The notes beneath the pieces were generated by a model. It was not told the origin of the DNA. It saw only the letters and a list, made by a program, of their open reading frames with translations, and made no database searches. The position numbers and the translations under genes were made by a program. A stretch of 64,000 nt of DNA from assembly GCF_009914755.1 (NCBI RefSeq), contig NC_060929.1; one strand, 5' to 3'. The stretch is from the human T2T-CHM13v2.0 reference genome, Homo sapiens. This document shows positions 14,715-28,337 of the stretch, one piece after another. How positions within the stretch are numbered: position 1 is the stretch's first letter; each line of letters opens with the position of its first letter.

Positions 14715-15155
14715 ATTCATTTCCTGTTGCTGCTATAACAAATTACCACAATTTAGTAGATTAGAACAATGCAAATGTATTCTCTTATAGTTCTAGAAGT
14801 CAGAGGTCCTAAAATCAAGGTGTGACAAGGCTGTGTTCTTCTGGAGGCTGTAGGGTAGAATCTGTTTCCTTGCTTTTTCCAGCTTCTAGAGGCCTCCTGC
14901 GTTTCCTTGGCTCATGGCGTCTTCCTCCATCTTTAAAGCCAGTAGAATAGAAACTTCTCTCCTCTCTGACCCTCCTGCCTCCCTCCTATTAAAAAACCTT
15001 GTGATTTATACTAGGACCACCCAGATAATCCAGCATAGTCATTTCACCTCGAGATCCTTAACTTCATCACATCAGCAAAGTCCCTTTTGCTATCTAAGGT
15101 AACAAGTTCCCGAGATTAATTAACGTCTTTGGGAGCTGTTACTCTGCCTACCACA
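14715..15155 (-). mobile_element. MLT1 (B/C/D-like) MaLR LTR
   Basis: ttgctgctataacaaattaccaca...ttactctgcctaccaca. Confidence 0.8.
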
Positions 15156-15913
15156 CCATACATTCCACTTTACCTGGGACAATTTCACTGTGTGCCCGTT
15201 GTTCTGGTGAAATGTTAACACAGCCTTTTTATTCTTAAAAGTGTCTCCACTTGAACAAATAAATTATATGAACACCCTACTTACCCAGTGCTTCCCAATC
15301 TTTTTCACATAACATGAAGGAAATAACACTTTATATGTCCTTGAGATCAAAGAACAGGCTGTTCTTAACTAGAGATTAAAAAAAAAAACACCTCAGGTGC
15401 TCTAGCTACCTTAGGACCCACCTGGCACTCAGCACCCCCTATAACTCATTCATGGTACACCATTGGCCACTGCACATGATTGGGAAAGTCTTCCTTATGT
15501 TAAAGCAATATAATGTGTTTAAAGCTTGTTCTTTTGTTGAGCTCCTGTGTGAGCAGCATTTTGTTCCAAGAAGAGGAGTGTACTTGGGTCTCATACATGT
15601 GCTCTGACACTCCTGTCATTGTGATCCTGCCTGCAGGTTGTCAGGCAGAGGTGTTCTCTGGCATCCTTTGACATATGCTCTGCAGGTCTCTGTCACTGCA
15701 AAATTCACCATCTCTCATGCACTCTCCCAGGCACCAGAGACCTGGCATTGGTGGCAGAGCAGTCTTGTTTAATCACAGGACAGAATTTTGAATTACTTGC
15801 AACATTTTTTTCTGAGTCCTCAGAGTGCATGCATCTATTACCTTTGCCACATTTTTTTTCTTTAAACATATTTCATTTACCACAAAAATACTATTGATAT
15901 AATGTTTTATTGG

Positions 15914-16292
15914 GTATTAGTTCGTTCTAACACTGTATTAGTTTGTTCTTACACTGCTATACTACCCGAGGCTGGATCATTTATGAAGAAAGGAGGTTGA
16001 ATTGATTCACAGTTCTACATGGCTGGGAGGCCTCAGGAAACTTACAGTCATGGCAGAAGGTGAAGGGGAAGCAGGCACGTCTTACATGGCAGCAGGAGAG
16101 AGAGAGAGAGAGAGTGCAGGGGAAACTGCCACTTTTAAACCATCAGATCTGAGAACTCCCTCAGTATCACTAGAACAGCATGGGGGAAACCACTAATGAT
16201 CCAATCACTTGCCACCCAGGCCCCTCCCTTGACACATGGGGATTACAGTTCGAGATGAGATTTGGGTGGGGACACAAAGCCAAACCATATTA
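15914..16292 (-). mobile_element. MSTA-like MaLR LTR with a small tandem duplication at its end
   Basis: gtattagtt..gttct..cactg occurs twice, then ggcctcaggaaacttacagtcatggcagaagg...caaaccatat. Confidence 0.85.
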
Positions 16293-16350
16293 TATCATAA
16301 TTACCTCCTTTCAAATCATCAAAAAATCACAATAAGAAATGTGTAAAACA

Positions 16351-16762
<412 letters not shown>

Positions 16763-17923
16763 TCAGTGGCTGTTTTTCATCTGTTCCACTCCAGTGCTAA
16801 TTTACTTTATAGGAGACACCCTCCTAAGGCACCAGCATGTCATATCTGATGGTGTTTGGTCTTCTTTATAGGAATTTTATTTTTTCTAATTTCCACTCCA
16901 AAGTTAAGGAATTTTCAAATTCATTTTTCAGCACTTGTGCCACTTAATAAATTCTTGAATTTTGTTGTGATTGGGTTGCCAAATATTGAAATCATAATGC
17001 TGATGAATGCTTATACTACAGCGAAGAATTACCCAGACCACCCACAGGAGTTTCATGAGTGTGAATAACGGCATTGCTCTCTGTATAGTGACAAAAGTAG
17101 GTAGGCCTTTTGTATCCCTACGTAACAGTGTAGCATGCTTTACAGTGTAGCAGGCAACACTCACCGCAGCTAGGGATGGGGCTGCAGCTCTGGTAAAGGA
17201 GATACAGGAAGGGCACCTACAGCATCTCCTAAATGCCTCATAGGGCTGCCACGAGGATTGACTCAATCAACAAGAAACTAGTTCCTGGCACATTGTAAGC
17301 ATATTTTCTTTATTTTTTATTTTTTAAGATACAAAACCTGAGAATTTTAGAGTTAGAAGCCACTGTAGGGGGCAGTGGTCTTAACAGAGAGAGGCTTGAC
17401 AGTAGGGCCATCAGTCACAGAATGTTCAGGAGGATGGATCAGGGACCCAAGGGGTCTCAAAAAGAGAGAAGGAGAGGGAAAGGGGACACTGGGTAGGGTT
17501 GCTATGACATCTCAGGGGCTGGTACTCTTGAGGGCTTGGGATGGGTAGAGTGGTTAAAAAAAAAAAAAGGAAGTTACATTCCTCAAGACTATGGAATGCA
17601 AAAGGATTAATTTCCCTAATATCTCTCAGCAGCATAACCCCTCATGTTATATATAGAACCTTTAAGCGCCTGATCTCATCTGCTTTTCCAGCAATCCAGG
17701 GAGGGAGGCAGAACCAAGGAGGGTTTTCAATCTCACTTTCCTGATGATGAAACCAAATGGAGATCAAAAGTCTTGCCCAGGTCACCCAGCTGGGAAATAA
17801 GGGGAAAAAAACCTTCAAATTACTTTCTACCACTCAGCAGAAATAAGTCACTACCAGGGGCTGGCCACACAACATGTTAGCACATGGCTAAAGCAAGTCC
17901 CTTCAGAAGCTTGTCCTTTAGGG

Positions 17924-18103
17924 CAGTGGTTCTACAGCACGAGAGAGCATCAGACTCTCCTAGAGGGCTTTTCAAAATGCAGATTGCTGTGCCCCCACAA
18001 CCCAGGGTTTCTGATGCAGTAGGTGTAGAGTAGGACCCAGAATTTGCATTTCTGCAAGTTCCCAAGTGATGCTGGTCTAGGGACCACACTTTGAGAAGCA
18101 CTG
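17924..18103. mobile_element. MER5A hAT-Charlie MITE
   Basis: cagtggttct...agaatttgcatttct...gaccacactttgagaagcactg. Confidence 0.85.
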
Positions 18104-18136
18104 GCACAATGGTTAAAACAGAATGCATGCTAGTGA

Positions 18137-18275
18137 TGTGCAGTGGCATGCACCTGTAGTCCCAACTACTCAGGAGGCTGAGATGGGAGATCACTTGAGC
18201 CCAGGAGTTTGAGGCTGTAGTGTGCTATGATCACTCCAATATGGGCAACATAGCAAGACCTCATTTCTAAAAAAA
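18137..18275 (+). mobile_element. Monomeric Alu (FLAM/FAM-like)
   Basis: Single Alu arm with short A tail. Confidence 0.8.
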
Positions 18276-21200
18276 TGAAACAAAAGGCAAAGAAATGGAG
18301 TGCATACTCTAAGGCAAAGTTTTTAATAGTATGTGCTATAAACAAGAGGTTGTATTTAATGTATGTTAATATACATCAGAGCTTCTAAGAAGACCTATGA
18401 AAAAACAGTTCTGCACATATTGAAAGTGGAGGAGACAAGTGGGTAGAAGGGGGAGAAATGAGAAAATTGTGAAGAGTAAAAGTCTTAAGCAAAACAATAA
18501 GTACTGGTATTTATGATTTTAAATTTAAACACCATAAACCTGTATATTTCTATACATACGTATATATTTCTGTAATTGTATAATATAGGGTTTGGAGAAC
18601 AATACACACATGCTGGCACCTGTAAACCTTTGGAGAGGGGAGTGAATTTGGGGAAAGGGGATTTTCAATTTATATATTTCTATATTGTCTAACTTTTAAG
18701 AATATATTAACCTATTATATAATTTTTTACTGAATATCTTAATGCTTTTATTGAAGTATAATTGACATACAATAAACTGCACGTATTTAAAGCATGTAAC
18801 TTGATAAGTTTCAACATATATATTCACCTGTGAAATCATCACAATCAAGATGGTGAACAAATTTGTCCCCTTGAAAATTTCCTCATGCCGCTTTATAATC
18901 ACCCTCTCTCCTGTCTCTCCTCCGCATTCCCAGGCAATGGCTGATGTGTGTTTTCCATTACTTTATATTATTTTGTATTTTCTAGAATATTATATAAATG
19001 AAATATTTTCCTAATGTCTTTTGCTTAGCATAATTATTTTTTGATTTATCCATGTATAATTATTTTGACATCCATTTTGTAGCTGTATTAATAGTATTTT
19101 TTGGTTGAGAACATAATTTTTGTTTTAAAATTATTTTTCAAATAAATGTTTTTGTGTATATTTAGCATTTACAACATGATGTTATGCGATACTTATAGAT
19201 AGTAAAATTGTAACTATAGTGAAGTGAATTGCCATCTCCATCATTTCACATAGCTACCCATTATTTGGGGTTTCTTTTTTTGTGGCAAGAGCAGCTAAAA
19301 TTTACTCATTTCACAGGAATTTTAAATACAGTGTGATTTTTTTATTTTTAAAAAGTTATTTTTAATTGACATAACTATACATATTTATGAGGTACACAGT
19401 GATGTATACAATGTACAGCGATTACATCAGGGTAATTAACATATCCATCATCTCAAACGCTTATTTCTTTGTGTTCAGAACATTCAAAACCCCTCTTCTA
19501 GCTATGTGAAAATACATCCTATATTATTGTTACCTATGCTCATCCTACAGAGCTATAGAACTGATTCCTATCTAGCTGTAATTTTGTATCCTTTAACAAA
19601 TCTCTCCCTATCCTTTCCTTCCACCCTGCTCAGCTACTAGTAACCTCTGTTCTACTGTTTGTACAGTACAATTGTATAACCTATAGTCCTTATGTTGTCC
19701 CTTTGAGCTCTAGACTTATGGATCCTACATATCTGCTACTCTGTATCCTCTCAGCTGCATTTCTCCACTTCCTTCCTCCAGCACTCCTGGGCCCTGGTCA
19801 CCACTGTTTGATTCTCTATCTCTGTGTATTTGACTTGAAAAAAAAGATTCCACATATAAATGAGAGCATGCAATATTTTTTCTTTCTGTGTCTGGCTTAT
19901 TTCACTTAGCATGATGTCCTCTAGTTTCATCCATGTTGTGGCAAATGGCAGGACTCCTTTCTTTTTTTAGAAAAATGTTTGTATATATACCACAGTTTCT
20001 TTATTCATTCTGCTGTCAATAGACACTTGGATTGTTTCTATATCTTGGCTGTTGTGAATAAAGCTACAATGAATATGGGCATGCAGATATCTTTATGGGG
20101 TGGTGATTTCATTTCCTTCGAGTATATGTCCAGAAAGGGGATTGATGGGTCATATGGTAGTTCTATTTTTAATTTCTTTAGAAACCTTTATACTGTTTTT
20201 TTTAAAAAAAGAAACTTTTACACTGTTTTCTATAATGGCTGCACCAGTCTACAGTCCCACCAACAGTGTACTAGAATTCCCTTTTCTCGACATCCTCACC
20301 AATATTTGTTGTCTTTTGACTTTTTTGATAATATCCAACCTAACATGTATGAGGTGATATCTAATAATGATTTTGGTTTGCATCTCCCTGATGATTAATG
20401 ATGTTGAACACTTTTTCATATGCTCACTGAGCATTTTTATTTCTTCTTTGGAGAAATGTTTATTCAGGTCCTTTGCCCATTTTTAAATTGGGTTGTTTTT
20501 CTATTGCTGAGTTATATGAGTTTTTGATACATTTTGGATATTAAGCGCTTATTAGACATAGGGTTTGCATATATGTTTTCCAATTCATAAGCTGCCGTTA
20601 CACTTTGTTGATTACTTCCTTTGCTGTGCAGAAGCTTCTTAGTTTGATATAGTCCTATTTATTTATTTTTGCTTTTGTAATCTGAGCTTTTGGTCTGATA
20701 TCCAAAAAAATCATTGCCAAGGCCAGTGTCCAGGAGCATTTCCCCTATGTTCTCTTCTAGGAGTTTTGTAGTTTCAGATCTTACATTTAGGCCTTTTATC
20801 CACTTTGAGTTGATTTTTATGTACGGTGTAAGATAAACATCCAATTTCATTCTTTCTCACATAAAAACCAGTTTTCTCAGCACCGTTTATTGAGGAGACT
20901 GTCTTTTCCCTATTGTGTTCTCTTGATGCCCTTCTTTAAAATTAGTTGACCATATATGTTTGAATTTATTTCTGGGCTGTCTATTGTGTTCCATTGGTCT
21001 ATCATATCTGTTTTTGTGCCAGTACTATACTGTTTGGATTACTATATCTTTGTAATATAATTTTGAATCGGGAAGTGTGATGCATCCAGTTTGTTTTTCT
21101 TTTTCAGAATTGTCTTGACTATTCAGGGTCTTTTGTGGTCTCATGCAAATTTTAGGATTGTTTCTTATATCTCAGTAAAGAATGCCGTTGGGATTTTGAT

Positions 21201-21477
21201 AGGGATTGCATTGAATCTGTATATTGCTTTGGATAGTATGGACATTTCCACAATGTTAATTCTTCTGATCCATGTGCATGGGATATCTTTTCATTTATTT
21301 GTGTCTTCTTCAATTTATTTAATCATTGTTTTATAGTTTTCAGTGTACACCCTATTCATGTCCTTGGTTAAATTGATTATTGAGTATTTTTTAATGCTAT
21401 CACAAATAAAATCATTCTCTTTATTTCTTTTTTAGGTAGGTAATTATTTGTGTATAAAAATATTATTGATTTTTTAA

Positions 21478-21762
<285 letters not shown>

Positions 21763-23226
21763 ATGTATGTTGATTTTTATGTCCTGAAAATTTACTAAAT
21801 TCATGAATTATAACAGTATTTTTTTAATCTTTGGGGTTTTCTACATATAGGATGATGTCACCTGCAGATAAAGATAATTTTACTTTTTTCTTTCTGATTT
21901 GGATGCCTTTCTTTCTTTTGCTTTTTTGGCTGATTGCTCTTGCTAGTACTTCCAGTACTATGTTGAATAGAAGTGGTGAGGGTGGGTATCCTTGACTGCT
22001 ACTGGATCTTGGTGGAAAAGCTTTCAGTTTTTCCCTATTAATTAAAATGTTAACTGTGTGTTTTTCATAAACGACCTTATTATGTTGAGGAATGTTCTTT
22101 CTATACCTAAACTATTGAGAGTTTTTTTTTATCAAGAAGGTATGTTGGGGTGGGGGTTAGGGAAGGAAAAGATGTTGGACTTTGTCAAATGCTTTTGCCA
22201 GGCCAATTGAGATAACCATGTGGTTTTCATTTTTCATCCTGTTAATATGATGTATTATATTGCTTGATTAGTGTATGTTAAACCAGCCTTGCATGCCAGG
22301 GATAAATCCCACTTGGTCATGATACATAATTTTTTTGATTGTTGTTGAATTCTGTTTGCAAATATTTTATTGAGGATTTTGTACCAATGTGCATTAGCGA
22401 AATCAGCCTGTAATTTTCTTTTCTTGTGGCGTCTTTCTCTGGCTTAGGTATCAAGGTGATGCTGGCCTCATAAAATGTGTTTGGAAGTATTCCCTCTAGC
22501 TCCATTTTTTGGAAGAGTTTAGTAACAAACCTTCTTCTTTGAATGTTTGGTAGAAGTCAGCTGTGAAGCCATCTGGTCTTGTTGGGAAGTTTAAACAGAA
22601 AACCAGAAAGTCAGATAGTCCCTGTCTCATCTTCAATCTCTTTATTTGTTATTAGTCTGTTCAGGCTTTCCATTTCTTCCTGATTTCAATCTTGGTAGGT
22701 TGTATTTTTCTAGGGATTTCTCCATTTCATCTGGGTTATCCAATATGTTGGCAAATAATTGTTCACAATAGCCCCATATGATTCTTTTTATTTCTGAAGC
22801 TTCTGTTGTAGTGTCTTCACTTTCATTTTTTATTTTATTAGTCTTCTTTTTTTTCTTAGACTAGCAAAGGGTACGTCAATTTAATTTTTTCCAAAAAATC
22901 AACTCTAGTTTTATTGATTTTGTCTGTTTTTTTTTCTGTTGTCTATTTGATTTATTTCTGTTCTGCTCTTTCTTTTCTTCTTTTAACTTTGGGTCTTGTG
23001 AGCTCTTCTTTTTCCAGTTTCCTGAGGTATAATGTTAAACTATTTAATTGGTCTCTTTCTTCTCTTTTAATGTAGGCATTTATTGCTATAAACTTCTCTC
23101 TTAGAACTACTTTTGCTGCATTCCATAAGCTTTGGTATGTTATGTTTCCATTGTCAATTGTCTGAAAATATTTTTTAAATTTCCCGTTTGATTTCATCTT
23201 TGACCCACTGGTTGTTTCGAAGCATA

Positions 23227-23522
<296 letters not shown>

Positions 23523-24536
23523 GCGTGTTGTTTAATTTCCACATATTTGTGAATTTTCCAAGATTCCTCCTGTCATTGATTTCTAGCTTCATATTATTAT
23601 GGTCTGAAAGAATATTAATATGATTTCAATCTTCTTAAATTTAAGGCTTGTTTTTTGGACTAGCATATGGTCTATTCTAGAGAATGTTTCAAGTGTGTTA
23701 GAGAAAAAATGTGTATTCTGTTTCTGTTGAATGGAAAGTTCTGTATATATCTGTTAGGTTCATTTGGTTTAAAGTGCAATTCAAGTTCATTATTTCCTTA
23801 TTTTCTCTCTAGTTGCTCTATCCATTGTTGAAAGTGGGATATTGACCCTCCTACTATTGTGTTGCTATCTATTTCTCCCTTCATGGCCATTAATATTAGT
23901 TGTATGTATTTAGGTGCTCCAATTTTGCATGCATATATATTTACAGTTGTGTCTTCTTGATGAATTGACCCCTTTATTATTAAACAATGATCTTCTCTGT
24001 CTCTTGTGACAGTTTTTGACTTGAAGCCTATTTGTTACATAATTGTTAAAGGAAAAGTCTGTAACAAGGAGGTAAAAGGAGAAGCCTAGATAATACAATA
24101 CTGAAATGTTGCCATCCATTTAAAAATGTTACTTTAAAAATTTGAATGTATTAAAAGATAATGTTGCCCTACCCCACAGTTCCATTTCCAGTAGCAACCA
24201 CAGATGATAGTTTGTGTATGCTTCTGAAAAATTGGAAGTTTTAAAAATATGCATATTTCTTATTATAAAAGCAATACAAACTCATCGAGATGTGTAAAAG
24301 AAAATACAGCCAGTGTAAAAATTAGCAATATTTCACAAACCCACAACTCAAGGGACAGTGCTCTTCGACTGGACTCTGCCCCATGCCCAAGATCAATGCC
24401 CTGTTCAGTTCCTATTCGCAGTCCCCAGCGCCCAGGAACATAGTCCTTCCAGCAGTGGCAGTAATAGGTCGCCAGGTGGTGCTGTGGAGCAGAGCTCCGG
24501 AGCTCAGTGAGAAAAAAGGCGCGGCCGCTCAAGGGA

Positions 24537-24580
24537 GCACGTGACCTCGGCCTCTGGCGTGGGCGGTGGGATCACGTGAT
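24537..24580. promoter_or_regulatory. SLC36A1: Two CLEAR-type E-boxes (TFEB/TFE3/MITF/USF)
   Basis: GCACGTGAC 24537-24545 (reverse GTCACGTGC) and palindromic ATCACGTGAT 24571-24580, just upstream of exon 1; fits a lysosomal transporter gene. Confidence 0.85.
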
Positions 24581-24589
24581 GAGGTCCGG

Positions 24590-24791
24590 AAGCGGCTGCC
24601 GGGCAGCAAAGGAGGATGGCGAGGGGCTGATACTGAACCCGGGAAGGGTGGGCTGTGCTGAAGCCAGAGCCGGAGCCGGAGCTGGGGCCAGAACCCGAGC
24701 AGTGAGTTCCTCCACTGGCTGCCGGCTGGCGGCGCTCGCCGCCTTGGGCAGGACCCACCTCGCCTTCCTCCCGGCGTGGCAGATGCTCCAG
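24590..24791 (+). other. SLC36A1: SLC36A1 exon 1 (non-coding; TSS approximate)
   Basis: Follows the promoter motifs; donor CAG|GTCAGG at 24791/24792; a second candidate donor GCA|GTGAGT at 24701/24702. Confidence 0.7.
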
Positions 24792-25883
24792 GTCAGGCAC
24801 TGGATCCGCCCGGGCTGTGGGTCCGCGACTCCTTGGCGTCCCCGGGCCGCAGCTGCGGTACGACGCTGACACCCCTCTGTGAATTGGGCGAAGCGTGGAG
24901 ATCCCTTGTCCCTCGCGCTATCTCCCTTGACCTCGTGGGGTTGGGATCTCACCGTCCTGTTTGACTGACAGGTGGGGGAAACTGGGGTAGATGGTGAAGA
25001 TAACCCAAAGGACCATCTAGGGCGTCTTTCACGCTTCGCACAGGTCTCCCCGTTTCCAGCAAATGTCTTGCCCGCTGCGGGAGCGCTGCTTGAGACAGGC
25101 TCATAATGGGTCTTTGGGTCAGAACTGCAAGGACGCTGGGAAGTCGTCTGGTGCAGCTCCCTCCTAGGACAGTTGGAGAAACTGAGCCCTTACTCCGGGA
25201 AGGGGTAAGGGCTTGCCTAAGGTCATCCAGTGAGTTAATCGGAGACCCGGAGACCTGCGACTAGAATGCAAATGTTCCTAAGCTTCAGCAGCTGTTTGCT
25301 TTTCGCCACACCGCCTCCTGCGGGAAACTTCACCTGTGAAAAGGCACTCCTTTCTGTCCCTTTCTCTTTTAGTCCTCTCCCTTTTTAGCTGTCTGCATTT
25401 TCCACCGCTGGGGTTGGATTTGCTCTGGGTGTGGTTCCCTGTTTGTTCATTATTTTTCTGCAAACTCATCCTTCTGTAGGTTTGGTTTCTAACCTTCCTG
25501 CATTCTATGTAAGTCACACCAAAATATGAAATATGAATCGGAATGTGCTTCTGGGAAGATAGGTGGCTGAGCCGAGGTTGTGGAGAGCCCTGACGTTAAC
25601 TTGAAGAATGTAAAGACCTTTGCTTTATTTTTTCTGTAACTTGTCAGATTTGGGATTGCTTATTTGGATGGACGTTTTGCAGTTATTTGAATTTTGCTGA
25701 AGATAGCATCATGGTGCAATGGACAGAACAGAGATTGGGGAATCAGGATATTTTGTCCTAGCTCTGCCGCTTACCTGGCAACCTTAAGTGACTCGCGTTT
25801 GGGTTTCTCAGTCTAGACAGTGATGGAATTGAATTCTTAAGGGCCCCTTCTGCTGTGATCTGGATGTTGTGCATCTTTCTAGG

Positions 25884-26031
25884 CTTGTTTTTTTGTTTGT
25901 TTGTTTTTAAATAGAGATGAGGTCTCACTATGCTGCCCAGGCTGATCTCAAACTCCTGGGCTCAAGTGATCCTCCCACCTTGGCCTCCCAAAGTATTGCG
26001 ATTACAGGGGTGTGAGCCAGTGCCCCTGACC
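25884..26031 (-). mobile_element. FLAM_C-like Alu monomer
   Basis: Single left-arm-like Alu. Confidence 0.85.
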
Positions 26032-26870
26032 AGGGTCTGTTTGTTTTTTTATTCCGAGAGATTTTACCCGCTGTGTACACTGAGTATCAGCCTTGCAACA
26101 AGACTTAATCTAATTGTGTAGGAAGCAGTTTCCTCTGCTTATTCCTCTGTTGCTATAAAATCCTCCTCCTCTTTCTTCCTATCTCTGTATTATGTCTAAG
26201 CTAAATACTAACAGCTGAAAATGATTTTTAACTGTCTGTTATTATTTTAAACATGATCAGGGCCCTCTTCTGACTCTTGTCTAGAGCCTCGTTTACAGTA
26301 ATTAACTTACTTGTACATTTAGAACATGTTTTCGTTAAAAATGTTCTTGAAGTCAAGTGGAAAGGGACAAACTTTGTGTTTGTCTGGGGATGGAGGCTAC
26401 GTGCAGCAGAGGCTGTGCTGATAACAGCTTTAAGCCTCTCCCTTTGTTTTCTGATTGTATCGTTTATATTCGCCTGCTCTGGAGTCCTTGTTTTCCCTTT
26501 AAGGCATGTAGCTGTTCATTCAGCCTCCTCTTGTGGCAGTTCGAAGTGCTCAGAGTTTTCTCTGTTCCAAAGGCGGTGTAAGAAAAAGGGATTCCATTTA
26601 TTTTATAATATTCTGGAGACTACAACTGGGACCAATAGATGAAAGTGCCATAAGGGAAGGGTGTTTGGTAAGTGTTAAAAACTTTCAAAGAATTAGTGGT
26701 CTCCTGTATTAGAACACTGAGCACGGAGCTCCCTGTCACTGGAGGTAATCGTCTCTGGGCAATTACTTCGGGGATGTTGTAGATGAAATTAGATTGTTGG
26801 GTAGAGGGTTGGACTAGACAAAATTTTAAGTTTTCTTTCAACTCAAGAGTCTGTGACATTCTAGGACTGG

Positions 26871-27595
26871 ACTTACTAGCATGTAGAGTGGATGGAGCAG
26901 ATGTCCACTTACTAGCATGTGGGATGGATGGAGCAGATGTCCACTTATTACTAGCATGTGGGATGGATGGAGCAGGTGTCCACTTAGTGGCATGTAGAGT
27001 GGATGGAGCAGATGTCTGCTTACTAGCATGTGGGATGAATGGAGCCGATGTCCACTTACTGGCATGTAGAGTGGATGGAGCAGATGTCCACTTATTAGCA
27101 TGTGGGATGGATGGAGCCGATGTCCACTTACTAGCATGTAAAGTGGATGGAGCAGATGTCCGCTTACTAGCACGTAGAGTGGACGGAGCAGATGTCCACT
27201 TACTAGCATGTGGGATGGATGGAGCTGATGTCCACTTACTAGCATGTGGGATGGATGGAGCTGATGTCCACTTACTAGCATGTGGGATGGACGGAGCCGG
27301 TGTCCACTTACTAGCATGTGGGATGGACGGAGCCGGTGTCCACTTACTAGCATGTGGGATGGATGGGGCAGGTGTCCACTTACTAGCATGTAGAGTGGAT
27401 GGAGCAGATGTCCACTTACTAGCATGTAGAGTGGATGGAGCAGATGTCCACTTACTAGCATGTGGGATGGACGGAACTGGTGTCCACTTAACTAGCATGT
27501 GGGATGGATGGAGCCGATGTCCACTTACTAGCATGTGGGATGGATGGAGCAGATGTCCACTTACTGGCATGTAGAGTGGATGGAGCTGATGTCCA
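26871..27595. repeat. 36-bp minisatellite (VNTR-like), about 20 units, SLC36A1 intron 1
   Basis: Unit acttactagcatgt(agag|ggga)tggatggagcagatgtcc repeated head to tail with two interspersed main variants. Confidence 0.97.
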
Positions 27596-28076
27596 GTTTT
27601 GTGATTACTTTGTTTCTATTTATAACCTTGTCTCAGGTAACTATTCTCATATTAAGTACTCCTGCTTTTTCTTTCTTTTTATCACCACCACCTCCCCTCC
27701 AGTGAGTATCTCAGTTCTTTAAATGCTTGATATCGCTTCAAAGGTCAGATGAGTGAATAGTCTTCTGTTTCTGCTTTTCCTGGCCTGGTGCTGATAACCG
27801 CTTCCAAAGTGCATGACTGATTAGCATTACTCACACCTAGGCCAGCTTTTCTCTTTTTCCCATAGAGGAACTCACATGGAATCCGTTTATTTCCATCCAG
27901 GCCTTCTCTTGTTTCCCATAGAAGAAGCTCTCACTGAGTCTGTTTACTTCCACCCAGGCCTTGGAAGAATCCTGTACCTCTCTCCTTTGGCCAGGCCTTA
28001 CTGTGATGAGCACATAAAGGTAGCCTCTACTTAATGGGCATGGGGGCCGATGGATGGGGCATTGTAAATAGGCTGA

Positions 28077-28337
<261 letters not shown>

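Larger units (their letters stand above)
24420..25330 (+). promoter_or_regulatory. SLC36A1: CpG-rich promoter / CpG island of SLC36A1
   Basis: Sharp rise in GC and CpG; GC box gggcgg 24561-24566; ETS motif ccggaag 24586-24592; no TATA box. Confidence 0.88.

Noticed and set aside
17745-17753. ATF4 CARE-like TGATGAAAC
   Set aside because: A 9-mer is expected by chance in 64 kb; the same word also occurs within repeats (near 29997 and 38759) and none is near the TSS
24504-24964. 120-126 aa ORFs over the promoter
   Set aside because: Expected in GC-rich, stop-poor CpG-island DNA; no recognisable product
26620-27574. Long ORFs on both strands (316, 263 and 207 aa) with 12-aa repeats
   Set aside because: They follow from a 36-bp unit (a multiple of 3) lacking stops in several frames; the array has an internal +1 frameshift and no exon signals or protein homology that I recognise
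26871-27595. CRISPR-like array (36-bp repeats)
   Set aside because: Units are directly tandem with no unique spacers, there are no cas genes, and the context is a human intron
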